Origin: Vermamoeba vermiformis
Lineage: Eukaryota
Direction: 5' to 3'
DNA: 64,000 nucleotides
NCBI GenBank assembly: GCA_045837725.1
Contig: JBEWZL010000209.1
Location: 1-64,000 of the forward strand
Positions 63,450 through 64,000 of this stretch are shown in pieces; the first letter of the stretch is position 1; every line of letters begins with the position of its first letter. Below the pieces are notes generated by a model. It had not been told where the DNA came from. It saw only the letters and a list, made by a program, of their open reading frames with translations, and made no database searches. The translations under genes were made by a program, and so were the position numbers.

Positions 63450-64000
63450 TTATTTGTTCTTAGTCGCGCGGTACATCTCGCTGCTCTTGTGACCCTCAGG
63501 CACGCCTTCTTTCACCGCGCACGCCAATCGGTTGTCCTTGTTGTCGAAGGTCACCGTGCAATGTTCGCGCAGCTCGCCAGTCAAGATCATGCGGCTGACT
63601 TGCGTCACGATGTGCTTCTCCAAGTAGCGGCGCAGAGGACGAGCACCGTAGACTGGATCGTAGGCCTGTTTCAAGATGAAGTCCGAGGCCGCAGGTGTGA
63701 TCACCACGGCGATGTCTTTGTCGGCCAAGCGCTTCTCGACTGAACGCATCTGGAGGTGCACGATGCTGTTCAAGTTGCTGCGACTGAGGGCGCTGAAGAT
63801 GACCATGTCGTCCAATCTGTTCAGGAACTCGGGTCTGAAGTGCTTCTTCACCTTGTTCATCACCTTGTCGCGGATGTGTTCGGGGATCTTGCCGTCTTCA
63901 ATCGGAGCTTCCATCAAATGCTCCGATCCCAAGTTTGATGTCATAATGATGACAGTGTTGGTGAAGTCGATCACGTGGCCTTGACCGTCGGTCAATCGTC
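63450..64000 (-). CDS. ClpB/Hsp101-type AAA+ disaggregase, 3' part (gene extends beyond window)
   Basis: RLTDGQG, IDFTNTVIIMTSNLGS, FRPEFLNRLD and YGARPLRR. Confidence 0.95.
   Translation of the reverse strand, partial: RLTDGQGHVIDFTNTVIIMTSNLGSEHLMEAPIEDGKIPEHIRDKVMNKVKKHFRPEFLNRLDDMVIFSALSRSNLNSIVHLQMRSVEKRLADKDIAVVITPAASDFILKQAYDPVYGARPLRRYLEKHIVTQVSRMILTGELREHCTVTFDNKDNRLACAVKEGVPEGHKSSEMYRATKNK

Overview
This window is the left end of a eukaryotic chromosome: a (CCCTAA)n telomere at 1-204 followed by compact genes with short GT-AG introns. The gene content suggests a free-living protist, probably an amoebozoan (inference). The terminal ~14 kb differs from the rest. It holds three or four co-oriented, intron-rich orphan genes reading toward the telomere, the last of which abuts or runs into the telomeric repeat. 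The largest carries DIAED...KVYDKSSE...RVELTL motifs resembling Rep_trans/phage-CRI (non-HUH) rolling-circle nickases. Behind these genes lie four different tandem arrays of hairpin-forming units. This block is my main candidate for an undescribed mobile or replicative element. It is followed by a TIR element with an 8-bp TSD and a CpG-depleted zone. The rest is a gene-dense region with unusual content: a triple-kinase hybrid histidine kinase, an Rnl2-type RNA ligase, a SET protein, an archaeal-type IleRS with introns, a GPCR, a single-chain FAAL-TM-ACP-type III PKS beside a P450, and a MYRF-like autocleaving factor with an LRR ectodomain. It also contains a serine carboxypeptidase, two gene-converted P450s, ankyrin, pappalysin-like and secreted proteins, a Ctr transporter and the 3' end of a ClpB/Hsp101 gene. 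All exon models were assembled by eye and are approximate; no database searches were run.
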